Of a DNA stretch of 64,000 nucleotides, positions 1-8,594 are shown piece after piece; positions within the stretch are counted from its first letter, which is position 1; every line of letters starts with the position of its first letter. The notes beneath the pieces are model-generated. The model was not told where the DNA came from, did no database searches, and was given only the letters and a program-made list of their open reading frames with translations. A program made the position numbers and the translations under genes. Origin of the DNA: an uncultured bacterium. GTDB lineage: Bacteria > Patescibacteriota > Minisyncoccia > Phycocordibacterales > GWA1-40-21. The DNA is taken from the NCBI GenBank assembly GCA_903822075.1, contig CAIJNK010000004.1, positions 12,661 to 76,660 of the forward strand, in the 5' to 3' direction.

Positions 1-825
1 GCTAATAATAAGATCAGCAGCCCCCGCGGCCATGGTCATGGTTAAGTCATTCAAGTAATCAAAAATTCGATAGCGATTTTTGTTCGGGTTACTTCCCAGA
101 ATAATGGCTGAAGTACCAGAAACTTCTTTGACGTTATTTTTACCGGTTTGGTGAATAATCTGGTATTTTTCGATCAGCTTAGGTAGGGCATCTAAAACTC
201 GCTCGTTAATGATTTTTGCACCCAAGGAACCGCCGATAATCAGGATGGTTGGTAAGTTTTTTTCCAGGCCTAAGTACTCATGCCCACCAGTCTTGTTGGC
301 AAGTAAAAGAGACTTTCTTATGGGGTTACCCGTATAGGCCACTTTGCTCTGATCGGTAAAATACTTTACAGTGTCCGGATAAGAGACGGCAATTTTTTTG
401 GCAAATTTACTGGCCCAGAGATTTGTGCGGCCTGGCACACTGTCAGACTCGTGAATTATGACCGGAATACGCAGAATTCTCGCCGCAACTAAGACTGGAA
501 AACTTGCGTATGCTCCCTTGCTAAAGACAACATCTGGATATAGGGCAAAAACTTTCCGGATAGCCAGTATTACGCCAAAAATAGTTTTAAAGAAATCCAA
601 AAAATTTAAGGCGGAAACATAACCTCTGATTTTTCCTGCGGAAATTGGTATAAAAGTGATGTCATTGCCAATCAAAGCCTCCATGTCATAAGGGCTGTCC
701 GACATAAAATATAATTGAGCTGAGACCAGGTTTTCTTTTTTTGCGGTATCGTTAATAGCTTCTGCTACGGCAATTAGAGGATAAAAATGTCCGCCTGTTC
801 CACCGCCGGTTAGTAGTATTTTCAT
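1..825 (-). CDS. murG: MurG, UDP-GlcNAc:lipid I N-acetylglucosaminyltransferase (C-terminal part runs off the window start)
   Basis: Reverse complement of 781-825 translates MKILLTGGGTGGHFY (MurG G-loop GGGTGGH); frame stays open to the window edge, so it is not in the ORF track. Confidence 0.75.
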   Translation of the reverse strand, partial: MKILLTGGGTGGHFYPLIAVAEAINDTAKKENLVSAQLYFMSDSPYDMEALIGNDITFIPISAGKIRGYVSALNFLDFFKTIFGVILAIRKVFALYPDVVFSKGAYASFPVLVAARILRIPVIIHESDSVPGRTNLWASKFAKKIAVSYPDTVKYFTDQSKVAYTGNPIRKSLLLANKTGGHEYLGLEKNLPTILIIGGSLGAKIINERVLDALPKLIEKYQIIHQTGKNNVKEVSGTSAIILGSNPNKNRYRIFDYLNDLTMTMAAGAADLIIS

Positions 826-830
826 TTGAT

Positions 831-1927
831 TTAAATTATCTTTTTATACTTGGAAATATTAATAATCATGCCAATCTCTGCTAAAGTAAAGAATAGAGCT
901 GTTCCACCCTGACTAAAAAAAATCAACGGCGAGCCAGACAAAGGAATAACTCCAGTCATTGAAGCAATGTTCAAAAATGATTGGATAGTGATAAGTATAA
1001 CAATTCCAATCACCAAAAGTCCACTAAAGGCGTCGGGTGCTTGACCGCCTATTTTTAGACCACGGGAAATAAAAAAAATAAACATTAAAATAATAGCTAC
1101 ACTGCCAATAAAACCGAATTCCTCGGCGGCAATTGGGAAAATGGCATCACCAATGGATTCCGGTAAAAATTTGAATTTTTGAATGCTTTGACCAAGCCCG
1201 CGGCCGAATACTTCACCCGAACCAACAGCGATCAGAGATTGTTGTATTTGGTAGCCGGAAGTCAGTGAGTTTGATGAGGGATCCAAGAAGGTGTTCAAGC
1301 GAGCAAGTAGATATGGCCGCATAAAAAACAAGGCTGAGACACCAATTATTCCGATAACAAGGAGTAAAAACATGTGACGCCACTTCCCACCGCCGATAAT
1401 ATACATGGCAAGGCCAACGATAAATATGATAATAAAAGAATCCGTATCTGGTTGTTTTAGCAAAAGTCCGCCTACAATACCGGTCAAAACCAAAAAGGGC
1501 AAAAGGCCGTATTTCACAGTCGAAATTTTTTCCTTCATCTCCCCTATCCAGGCGGCAAAGTAGATTATAAAACCAAGCTTGAGGAATTCCAAAGGCTGAA
1601 AAGAAAAATGAAAGACATAGATCCAGCGGCTGGCACCACCGTGACTGACACCTATTCCGGGAACAAAAACTAAAATGGAAAGTATAATTGATAAAGAAAA
1701 AATATAAAAAGAAAATCTTTTCCAGTACTTGTAGTTAATTTTGGAGACGATAAAACAGGTGATGCTACCAAGAAATAAACCGATAAATATCTGACTAAAA
1801 ATAATCGAAGTGAATTTGGCGTTGTCTCGAGCGTATATTCCCAAAGAGGCAGAAATAAAGACGACCACTCCACTGACGAGTAGTGCCAAGAATGAAGTTA
1901 AAAATATTTTATCGACTTTCTTCGGCA
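831..1927 (-). CDS. ftsW: FtsW/RodA/SpoVE-family peptidoglycan polymerase / lipid II flippase
   Basis: Multi-TM 365 aa protein; family-typical block GGASRWIYVFHFSFQPLEFLKLGFIIYFAAW; ATG at MPKK (1927) preferred over the TTG at 1940; lies between mraY and murG as in dcw clusters. Confidence 0.8.
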
Positions 1928-1932
1928 TGCAT

Positions 1933-2979
1933 TTACCCAATTAAAGAGATAATAATCCCCAAGCTAGCGCAAATGATACCGAGGATCCAGTAACGCATGA
2001 CTACTTTGGTGGCGGGCCAGCCTTTAGCTTGAAAATGGTGATGAAGCGGTGCTACCAAAAATACTTTTTTACCATTACGGTATTTTTTAGACAAAAGTTG
2101 AATGATACTGGAGGCGGAGGAGATAACCAAAGGGAAGGCAATGATCGGTAAAATCAAAACTTGTTTGGTGAGAAAGGCCACCACCACAAGAGTTATTGTG
2201 AGAGCCATTGTCCCCGTCTCGGACATATAAAATCTGGCCGGTGGGATATTAAACCAAAGGAAGGCCAGTAAGCCGCCCACTAGCACAAAACAGAACGCTG
2301 CTAGGTCGATTTGTTGCTGAAGTAGAGCGATTAAGCCATAAGAACTAAATATAATTCCAAATACGCCACCAGACAGACCATCCAAACCGTCAATGACACC
2401 GCCCGAGTAGGTACCAAGCATGACGACTACGAAAAAGACAATAAAAAGCCAGCCGGCATCCCAGACGCCAACAAACGGAATAATAATATCGGTCTTTCCT
2501 AATTTAAAAAAGAACCACCAAGCGCCAACAAGAGAAATTAGAAAAACAGCCAGTAATCTTTTTTTTGATGATAAGCCACCGGCCTTCTGGTCATAATTTT
2601 CGGTGACACTCATGTAGTCATCAACCAAACCCACCAAAGCACCAATAATCAGGGTAAATATTGGTAGCCAAGTCTGATTACGACTAAGAAAATTCAGCTT
2701 GGACATCACTGGACCGTCAATGAGTGCTCCCAGCCAAAAAATAATTATGGTGATAATAGCACTGGCCCAAATAACAATTCCACCCATGCGCGGTGTTTTC
2801 TTCTCTTCATCGTTATGCAGACTCTGAGTAATGGAAGCGACACCGCCATCGGTGGCCACGACAACGCTTTTCTTCTTCCACATCTTATTTTTGTAGAGAA
2901 AATTACTCACCAAAGGTGTGATTAATATTCCAACAATGAAAGCGATGGTCGTCGGTACGAATATTTTTACTATATCCAT
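1933..2979 (-). CDS. mraY: phospho-N-acetylmuramoyl-pentapeptide transferase
   Basis: 348 aa polytopic membrane protein; MraY motifs (DDYMS..., VAPLHHHFQAKGW); dcw context. Confidence 0.85.
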   Translation of the reverse strand: MDIVKIFVPTTIAFIVGILITPLVSNFLYKNKMWKKKSVVVATDGGVASITQSLHNDEEKKTPRMGGIVIWASAIITIIIFWLGALIDGPVMSKLNFLSRNQTWLPIFTLIIGALVGLVDDYMSVTENYDQKAGGLSSKKRLLAVFLISLVGAWWFFFKLGKTDIIIPFVGVWDAGWLFIVFFVVVMLGTYSGGVIDGLDGLSGGVFGIIFSSYGLIALLQQQIDLAAFCFVLVGGLLAFLWFNIPPARFYMSETGTMALTITLVVVAFLTKQVLILPIIAFPLVISSASSIIQLLSKKYRNGKKVFLVAPLHHHFQAKGWPATKVVMRYWILGIICASLGIIISLIG

Positions 2980-2983
2980 AATT

Positions 2984-3955
2984 TTATTTGTCCATTATAA
3001 CATTATTTATTAAACTGGTGGTATCCACAAAGCTATCTCTGGCTCCTAAGACAACATTAATCAAGGTGACATTATTACCCATATCAGTGAGCAGAACCAA
3101 ATTTTTTAAAGCCAGATCGGTACTCCCTGTCTTGCCACCAATTATGTCATATTTAAGACCCTTTTCTTGCAGTAGCTTGTCAGTATTTGTAACCACCTTG
3201 CAATAGTTGCTTATATCACAAAAATTGAAGACGCTGTTTGTGGTTATCCTAAAAATTTCTGGGTGGTGGTTTTTTATGTATAGCAACAGTTTGGCCAGAT
3301 CTGTGGCTGTTGAGACGTTCACTCCAAGGGTTCCACCAGGCAGACCAGTTGGGTCTAAACCAGTAGGACTAAAAAAAGTGGTACTGGCCATACCAAGCGA
3401 CTTGGCCTTGGAATTCATTTTGGCAATAAAGTTATTTTCACCCAACGTGCTACTAAGCAAACGGGCCGAATCATTATCGGAAGAGATAAGGGCGTTGGCA
3501 AGCAGGTCCTGCACTTTATAAACTTTGTTAGTCTCTAATACAAAAGCACTTTCTTCTCGACCGATATAATCGCGAGTGGCCGTTACGTCAGTATCCAAAC
3601 GTAAATTTTCTAAAGTCACGACCGCCACCATCAATTTTGTGACACTGGCGATGGGTAAGCTAAGGTCAGCCTCCTTAACCGCAAGGATTTTTCCTTCCCC
3701 GTTGGAATTAAGGGCAAGTGTCAAGTAAGACTTAGCCGTCACTTCGGGTGAAGTGGTAGCTATTAGGTGGATTTTGTCTAGTTTCTCTTTTACTTCGCGG
3801 TCCAATTGAATTTTTTCTACAGCCTTTTTTAACGCCTCAGTCCGATTTTTGTTATTAAGACTGATAGAAAATAACAGAATACTGATAAAGAAAAATAAGA
3901 GGACAACAATGAGCAGAGCCAGGAGTTTTTCTTTTTTGCCGTTCTCAAAGGGCAT
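2984..3955 (-). CDS. D-alanyl-D-alanine carboxypeptidase (serine-type, PBP5-like) with N-terminal membrane anchor
   Basis: SxxK active site (ASVTKLM), SDN motif (SSDNDSA) and KTG motif (GGKTGST) in order, as in S11 peptidases. Confidence 0.75.
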   Translation of the reverse strand: MPFENGKKEKLLALLIVVLLFFFISILLFSISLNNKNRTEALKKAVEKIQLDREVKEKLDKIHLIATTSPEVTAKSYLTLALNSNGEGKILAVKEADLSLPIASVTKLMVAVVTLENLRLDTDVTATRDYIGREESAFVLETNKVYKVQDLLANALISSDNDSARLLSSTLGENNFIAKMNSKAKSLGMASTTFFSPTGLDPTGLPGGTLGVNVSTATDLAKLLLYIKNHHPEIFRITTNSVFNFCDISNYCKVVTNTDKLLQEKGLKYDIIGGKTGSTDLALKNLVLLTDMGNNVTLINVVLGARDSFVDTTSLINNVIMDK

Positions 3956-4623
3956 TAGACGGTTGGTACATTAATTTCCTCAGCGTCATCCACTTGCTGC
4001 GGATTTATTAAATCAGCTGATTTCTCTGGAGCGGGCTCGGCGGGTTTCTCTTCAGTTAGGTTTTGCTCAAATTCTGCTTTTACTTTTTCGTATTCCGGTA
4101 ATTCTTCTATTTTTGAGACACCTAAAAATTGGAGAAGTTCAAAGGTTGGACGATACAAGAAACTGCGCGCATCCTTTGGATTAGAAATTCTTTCTACTAG
4201 CCCCCTAATCTGTAAGTTGCGTAAAATAAAGTTTGATTGAACACCGCGAATATAATCGATCTCCGCTCTGGATATTGGCCCTTTATAGGCAATAACAGAG
4301 ATGGTTTCCAGGCCGGCCTTGCCCAAGTCTCGGACCAGCTCTTCCTTGGTTAGCCTCTCAATAATATGGGATAGTTTGGCGGCGGTGCCAAGCATAACTT
4401 CATCATCTTTGTAAATCAACTCTACTCCCCTTTCCATTATTTTTTCCTTCAAAACTTCCAAGCCAGTCAAAATTTCCTCTTCTTTTTTTCCCAAACTGGC
4501 TGCCAATTTCTTGATGGATTGCGGCTCGCCTTTCCAGAAAAGCACGGCCTCCAACTGATTATCTAATGACAATTCTTCCATAATTTGGCAATTATAGAAC
4601 ATTTCTTGGATAAATGAAACCAT
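3955..4623 (-). CDS. scpB: segregation and condensation protein B
   Basis: 222 aa; two winged-helix ScpB repeats (…SRAEIDYIRGVQSNFILRNLQIRGLVER…); acidic C-terminal tail. Confidence 0.8.
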   Translation of the reverse strand: MVSFIQEMFYNCQIMEELSLDNQLEAVLFWKGEPQSIKKLAASLGKKEEEILTGLEVLKEKIMERGVELIYKDDEVMLGTAAKLSHIIERLTKEELVRDLGKAGLETISVIAYKGPISRAEIDYIRGVQSNFILRNLQIRGLVERISNPKDARSFLYRPTFELLQFLGVSKIEELPEYEKVKAEFEQNLTEEKPAEPAPEKSADLINPQQVDDAEEINVPTV

Positions 4624-4651
4624 TTGACTTTTGAATCATTTGATGTATAAT
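4624..4651 (+). promoter_or_regulatory. sigma70-like promoter TTGACT-16-TATAAT driving the pilin-like genes 1 and 2
   Basis: TTGACT at 4624-4629 and TGTATAAT at 4644-4651; SD GGAGG at 4706-4710 precedes the ATG at 4716. Confidence 0.55.
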
Positions 4652-4715
4652 CTGTACTAGATTAGTTTGGTGTTGACATTATCGTAAAGTCCCTAAAAGA
4701 GGGCATGGAGGCAAA

Positions 4716-5153
4716 ATGAAGACAAACAAGACTGGTTTTACGTTGGTGGAATTATTGATCATCTCCGTGGTAATTGCGGTCCTGGCAGGGTTTGCTGTTC
4801 CCGCCCTTCGAGAGATGCGTGAAAAGGCTCGACTGGACCAAGAACAGGCGCTAACAAAACAGCTCACGCCGGAGCAAACAGAAGCCAAGCGTCTGGCGGA
4901 CCTGGAACAGCAAAAGGTTGCTGCGGAGCAGGCCATGGAGGCTAAGGTGAATCAGGTTCAGAATTGTGGGCACGGGGCCTACTATTTCCCTTTTGCGGAC
5001 ATGGGCGAGTTTCTTAGCGTCCGTAACGCTTTCATGGATAAACATTCCGGCATGAAGTTCGTGGGTACGGAACCGAATATTGTCGAGCAAGGTTGGGGCG
5101 ATGGGCGCTATGGCATTACCGTTGGTCATGTTGTTTTCTTTCAAGAAGAATAA
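4716..5153 (+). CDS. type IV pilin-like (prepilin-type N-terminal cleavage/methylation) protein, paralog 1
   Basis: MKTNKTG|FTLVELLIISVVIAVLAG: class III leader ending in G, then F-T-L-V-E (Glu5) and a hydrophobic helix; Q/E/A-rich linker; C-terminal GHGAYYFPF domain. Confidence 0.75.
   Translation: MKTNKTGFTLVELLIISVVIAVLAGFAVPALREMREKARLDQEQALTKQLTPEQTEAKRLADLEQQKVAAEQAMEAKVNQVQNCGHGAYYFPFADMGEFLSVRNAFMDKHSGMKFVGTEPNIVEQGWGDGRYGITVGHVVFFQEE
4881..5039 (+). repeat. 159 bp direct repeat, copy A (inside pilin-like gene 1)
   Basis: About 96% identical (6 mismatches by eye) to 6033-6191; encodes EAKRLADLEQQKVAAEQAMEAKVNQVQNCGHGAYYFPFADMGEFLSVRNAFMDK identically in both genes. Confidence 0.85.
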
Positions 5154-5165
5154 ACGGAGGACGAG

Positions 5166-5612
5166 ATGAAGACGAAACAGGGTGGTTTTACGTTGGTGGA
5201 GATTATGATTGTGTTGGCGATCATCGGCTTGCTGGCGGCAATGGCTATTCCGGCTTTCGTTAAGGCGCGCGAAAAGTCACAGCAGTTGGTGGAGGAGAAC
5301 AGGCTGGCGCATTTGACACCGCAACAGCGAGAGAATGAAAATCTGGTCAAACTGGAAGAGCAAAAGCTCGCCCAGCAAAAAACGACCGAGCAAAAATTGA
5401 GTCAGATTCGTCCGTTTGGCCACAACATCTACGAGTTTCCTTTTGTGGGGGACGAGTATCGGTTTATGTTGTCGGCGTTCCAAGATAAGCACCCCGAGCT
5501 GCGTTTCCATAGTGCCGAGGGTGAGGTTGTGGGAGTTCAGACTGGCAGCACAACTGCCTATGGGGCAACGGCGAGTTACACCGTCCATTTCGATGATGAG
5601 GTCAAGCAGTAG
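5166..5612 (+). CDS. type IV pilin-like protein, paralog 2
   Basis: MKTKQGG|FTLVEIMIVLAIIGLLAAMAIPAF prepilin signature; same architecture as paralog 1; SD GGAGGA 6 nt upstream; only 12 nt from gene 1, so the two are co-transcribed. Confidence 0.75.
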   Translation: MKTKQGGFTLVEIMIVLAIIGLLAAMAIPAFVKAREKSQQLVEENRLAHLTPQQRENENLVKLEEQKLAQQKTTEQKLSQIRPFGHNIYEFPFVGDEYRFMLSAFQDKHPELRFHSAEGEVVGVQTGSTTAYGATASYTVHFDDEVKQ

Positions 5613-5638
5613 CTACAAAGACGGTGTCTTGAGTACAA

Positions 5639-5670
5639 CCCGAACGTTTGCAGACGTTCGGGTTTTTTAT
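5639..5670 (+). terminator. rho-independent terminator after pilin-like gene 2
   Basis: cccgaacgt-ttgcag-acgttcggg (9 bp stem) followed by tttttt. Confidence 0.7.
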
Positions 5671-5697
5671 TTCCCAATTTCTACACTTAAACAAACA

Positions 5698-5726
5698 TTG
5701 ACTTTTAGTAAATATATTAGTACAAT
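5698..5726 (+). promoter_or_regulatory. sigma70-like promoter TTGACT-17-TACAAT for pilin-like gene 3
   Basis: TTGACT 5698-5703, TACAAT 5721-5726. Confidence 0.5.
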
Positions 5727-5780
5727 AGGCAGAGATGTGTTTAGGGATATTTGAAACAAGGACAGGAGAAAAAGGGTAAA

Positions 5781-6308
5781 ATGAAGACAAACAAGACTGG
5801 TTTTGGGTTGGTTGAGTTGTTGGTTGTTATCGGGATGCTCATGAGTCTCCTGGCTATTGTGATCGGAATTCACGAGTTCAGGTTACACCGCGCTGCCCAG
5901 CGAGAGAAGGAAACGGAAGCGAAAGCGGAACAGGTGCCACTAACACCAGAGCAATTGGAGAACCGGCGTTTGGTCGAACTTGAGGAGCAGCAAGTGGCCG
6001 AGCAACAAGCAAAGGCGGCGGCGGAACAAGCTGAAGCCAAGCGTCTGGCAGACCTGGAGCAGCAAAAGGTTGCTGCGGAGCAGGCTATGGAGGCTAAGGT
6101 GAATCAGGTTCAGAATTGTGGGCACGGTGCCTACTATTTCCCTTTTGCGGACATGGGCGAGTTTCTTAGTGTCCGCAACGCTTTCATGGATAAGTATCCT
6201 AGTATGAAGTTTCAAGCGACGGAACAGCATGTGATTACATACGAGGCTGGACGAACATATTCTTACAGCTATACCGTTGGTCACGTTATATATTTCAAGG
6301 AAGAGTGA
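5781..6308 (+). CDS. type IV pilin-like protein, paralog 3 (longer coiled-coil linker)
   Basis: MKTNKTG|FGLVELLVVIGML; C-terminal half near-identical to paralog 1; ATG at 5781 preferred over the TTG at 5751. Confidence 0.7.
   Translation: MKTNKTGFGLVELLVVIGMLMSLLAIVIGIHEFRLHRAAQREKETEAKAEQVPLTPEQLENRRLVELEEQQVAEQQAKAAAEQAEAKRLADLEQQKVAAEQAMEAKVNQVQNCGHGAYYFPFADMGEFLSVRNAFMDKYPSMKFQATEQHVITYEAGRTYSYSYTVGHVIYFKEE
6033..6191 (+). repeat. 159 bp direct repeat, copy B (inside pilin-like gene 3)
   Basis: See copy A. Confidence 0.85.
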
Positions 6309-6336
6309 CGGGCATTGAAAGGTGCCGAAGGTCCAC

Positions 6337-6368
6337 CCCGAACGTTTGCAGACGTTCGGGTTTTTATA
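6337..6368 (+). terminator. rho-independent terminator after pilin-like gene 3 (same hairpin sequence as 5639-5670)
   Basis: cccgaacgtttgcagacgttcggg followed by ttttt. Confidence 0.7.
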
Positions 6369-6420
6369 TTTCTCCATTTAAGCACCTAAACAACCAACTT
6401 CTCGGATTTTTTATTGAAAG

Positions 6421-7155
6421 TTAATTATAATGCGGTACGCCGGTTTGTTGAGTCTCAATTTCAATATCGGCAAATTGGTCATTCTGCCGGACATCCACAA
6501 TCCCCTGTTTGACCAATTCCAACATTGCCAAAAAGCTGATGATCACATTCACCCTTTCTTCTTTGCCCACTTTGGCAAACTCTCTAAAAGAAAGTTTGAT
6601 GCTACTTTGAATTCTTTTTGTTAAATTCCCGATCATCTCTTCCAAACTGATCACTTTTTTAACGGTTGCTTTGGGAATATTTTCCACCAGTTTTGGCAAC
6701 GCTTTAATGACTGAAATAATAGCCGTCAGCAAGTTTTCTTTGGTCATTGTCTGATCCGGCGAGAAAACCGGCACGGCCTTTCTGGGTTCGGCGGCAAAAA
6801 TAATATCTTTGCCGAATGAGTTTTTAATATGAACGCTTAATTCTTTAATTCGTTGGTATATTTTTAGCCTTCTTTCCAAATCACTGACATCATGCTGTTC
6901 TTCCTCGGATAGGTTTAGGTTTGGCAGCAAGGATTTGGATTTGATTAAAAGCAAAGTAGAGGCAATGACCAAAAAATCCGCGCTCTGGGCAATGGGAAAT
7001 TTTTCCTGGCTTTGAATATAAGTTATATAATCATCGGCCACCCTTGATAAAGCAATGTCGTTAATGAATAATTTCCGCTTTTCAATCAGACTTAACAGCA
7101 GGTCCAGTGGACCCTCAAAAAATTCGGTTTTAATCTGAAAAGCGGTGTCAGACAT
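6421..7155 (-). CDS. scpA: segregation and condensation protein A
   Basis: 244 aa; N-terminal ScpA block FEGPLDLLLSLIEKRKLFINDIALSRVADDYITYI. Confidence 0.8.
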   Translation of the reverse strand: MSDTAFQIKTEFFEGPLDLLLSLIEKRKLFINDIALSRVADDYITYIQSQEKFPIAQSADFLVIASTLLLIKSKSLLPNLNLSEEEQHDVSDLERRLKIYQRIKELSVHIKNSFGKDIIFAAEPRKAVPVFSPDQTMTKENLLTAIISVIKALPKLVENIPKATVKKVISLEEMIGNLTKRIQSSIKLSFREFAKVGKEERVNVIISFLAMLELVKQGIVDVRQNDQFADIEIETQQTGVPHYN

Positions 7156-7172
7156 AACAGTAATTATAACAT
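7156..7172 (-). promoter_or_regulatory. extended -10 element (TGTTATAAT) 7 nt upstream of the scpA ATG; putative leaderless promoter
   Basis: Minus strand reads tttATGTTATAATtactgtt-ATG; no SD; the same ATGTTATAAT-N6-ATG arrangement recurs at 33204-33221 and 45463-45480. Confidence 0.45.
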
Positions 7173-7182
7173 AAATGCTAAC

Positions 7183-7230
7183 GGGTCGCTCTCGCCATTT
7201 AACGCGGACTAATCATTCCGAGAGCAACCC
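7183..7230 (-). terminator. terminator-like hairpin downstream of aspS (12 bp GC-rich stem, long loop, weak U-tract)
   Basis: gggtcgctctcg ... cgagagcaaccc with one mismatch; lies between the aspS stop and the scpA promoter. Confidence 0.35.
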
Positions 7231-7241
7231 GCTAGCTTTCA

Positions 7242-8594
7242 TTAAAATTCACCCTCGGTTCCCTCCAATCTTTCATCAATCCGGTTCATATCGCGAGGGA
7301 AAATGACGGCCTGACGGACGTTTGGCAGGTTCAGAAATTGCATCACCAACCTTTCCGCGCCAAAAGCAAATCCGCCCTCCGGTGGCACGCCGTATTTAAA
7401 GGCCTGCAAAAACATAGTGATGGTTTTTGGATCAAGATTCCACTCCTTAACATGCTTCTCCAGTTGTTCAAAATTATTTATGCGCCGGCCACCGCTTGAC
7501 AGTTCCCGTCCGCGACAAATCATGTCCAAGCCTTCATTGAATTCTGGTTCAGCTGGATTTGGATAAACGTAAAATGGTTTTTTCTTGGTAGGATAGCCGT
7601 AGACGAACACAAAATCCGAGCCGGTTTCTTTTTTCACTATTTCGCAAATTTCCACTTCATCTTGCGAAGAAAGATCCTTGTCACCCCGGTTATCACGCTT
7701 GTAGGCCTCAAATATTTTCTGCTGGGCCTCACGCAACGACATGGTGGGCGTCTTATCAAGCATGACAGGCAATTCCACCCCCAGTATTTTTAAATGCTCG
7801 GCATTATTCTTTTTTATCTGCTCCAAAATATATTTAATCGTTTTTTCTTCCATATCCCTTATATCAGTCCAGGAATCAATGAAGGCCATCTCGGCATCCA
7901 AAGAAATAATTTCCGTCAGGTGACGAGTAGTGGCGCTTGGTTCGGCGCGGAAAATTTTGTTGACAGAAAAACATCTTTCAAAGGCGCTCATCACAATCTG
8001 CTTGTAGAGCTGTGGTGACTGAGTCAGGTAAGCGGCCTTGTTGAAATAACCGATTTTAAACACTTCTGCTCCGCCTTCTGCGGTGGCAGGGACGATGCAT
8101 GGTGCCTGGAACTCAAAAAAGCTTTCATTTTTCATGATCTCCCTAAAACTATCAATCACAGTCTCCAGAATTTTAAATACTGCCTGGTTTCTTGGGTGAC
8201 GAAGGGTGAGGGCGCGATTATCAAGCTCCGTTATCAAGTCCAGATTAAAGCCATCAGCCGACATGTCAAAAGGTAATGGTGCCGCTTCGGCTAAGATGGT
8301 GATTTTTAAAATTTCGAGCTCAATATTGCCATTCAAAATCCCGGCCTTCTTGTTTCTTTCCGGACGCTCATTCACTTTTCCATTCACTTCCACCACAAAT
8401 TCCTGGCGCAGTTTTTTTCCTTGCTCCAGCGCCTCGGTCTGATTTGGCAAAATAACACCCTGAACAATTCCGGTCATGTCCCGAAAATCCAGGAAAATCA
8501 TTTTCCCCTGATCACGTCTGATATTCACCCAACCCTTGATCATAACCTCCTCCCCTACTTTTGTGCCCAATTCTTTTATATATGTTCTTTTCAT
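7242..8594 (-). CDS. aspS: aspartyl-tRNA synthetase, archaeal/eukaryal type (class IIb), possibly non-discriminating
   Basis: N-terminal OB fold; motif 2 FRAEPSATTRHLTE, motif 3 GGFAFGAERLVMQFLNLPNVRQAVIFPRD; FKYGVPPEGG is typical of archaeal-type AspRS rather than AsnRS; Asp-like T-box specifier upstream. Confidence 0.6.
   Translation of the reverse strand: MKRTYIKELGTKVGEEVMIKGWVNIRRDQGKMIFLDFRDMTGIVQGVILPNQTEALEQGKKLRQEFVVEVNGKVNERPERNKKAGILNGNIELEILKITILAEAAPLPFDMSADGFNLDLITELDNRALTLRHPRNQAVFKILETVIDSFREIMKNESFFEFQAPCIVPATAEGGAEVFKIGYFNKAAYLTQSPQLYKQIVMSAFERCFSVNKIFRAEPSATTRHLTEIISLDAEMAFIDSWTDIRDMEEKTIKYILEQIKKNNAEHLKILGVELPVMLDKTPTMSLREAQQKIFEAYKRDNRGDKDLSSQDEVEICEIVKKETGSDFVFVYGYPTKKKPFYVYPNPAEPEFNEGLDMICRGRELSSGGRRINNFEQLEKHVKEWNLDPKTITMFLQAFKYGVPPEGGFAFGAERLVMQFLNLPNVRQAVIFPRDMNRIDERLEGTEGEF

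Noticed and set aside
2988-3521. Plus-strand ORFs 2988-3206 and 3207-3521
   Set aside because: Entirely antisense to the well-supported D,D-carboxypeptidase gene; low-complexity translations; no SD.
4679-6377. Minus-strand ORFs inside the pilin cassette (4679-4936, 4851-5144, 5141-5350, 5277-5588, 5940-6377) and plus ORF 5416-5754
   Set aside because: Antisense or out-of-frame shadows of the three pilin-like genes, which have promoters, SDs and terminators. The translations are Arg/Leu/Ser-rich, typical of frame shadows.
7242-8594. Alternative call of the class IIb synthetase as AsnRS
   Set aside because: The FKYGVPPEGG-type motif 3 region and the Asp-like (GAC/GAU followed by A) T-box specifier favour archaeal-type AspRS. 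AsnRS is not excluded without an alignment.
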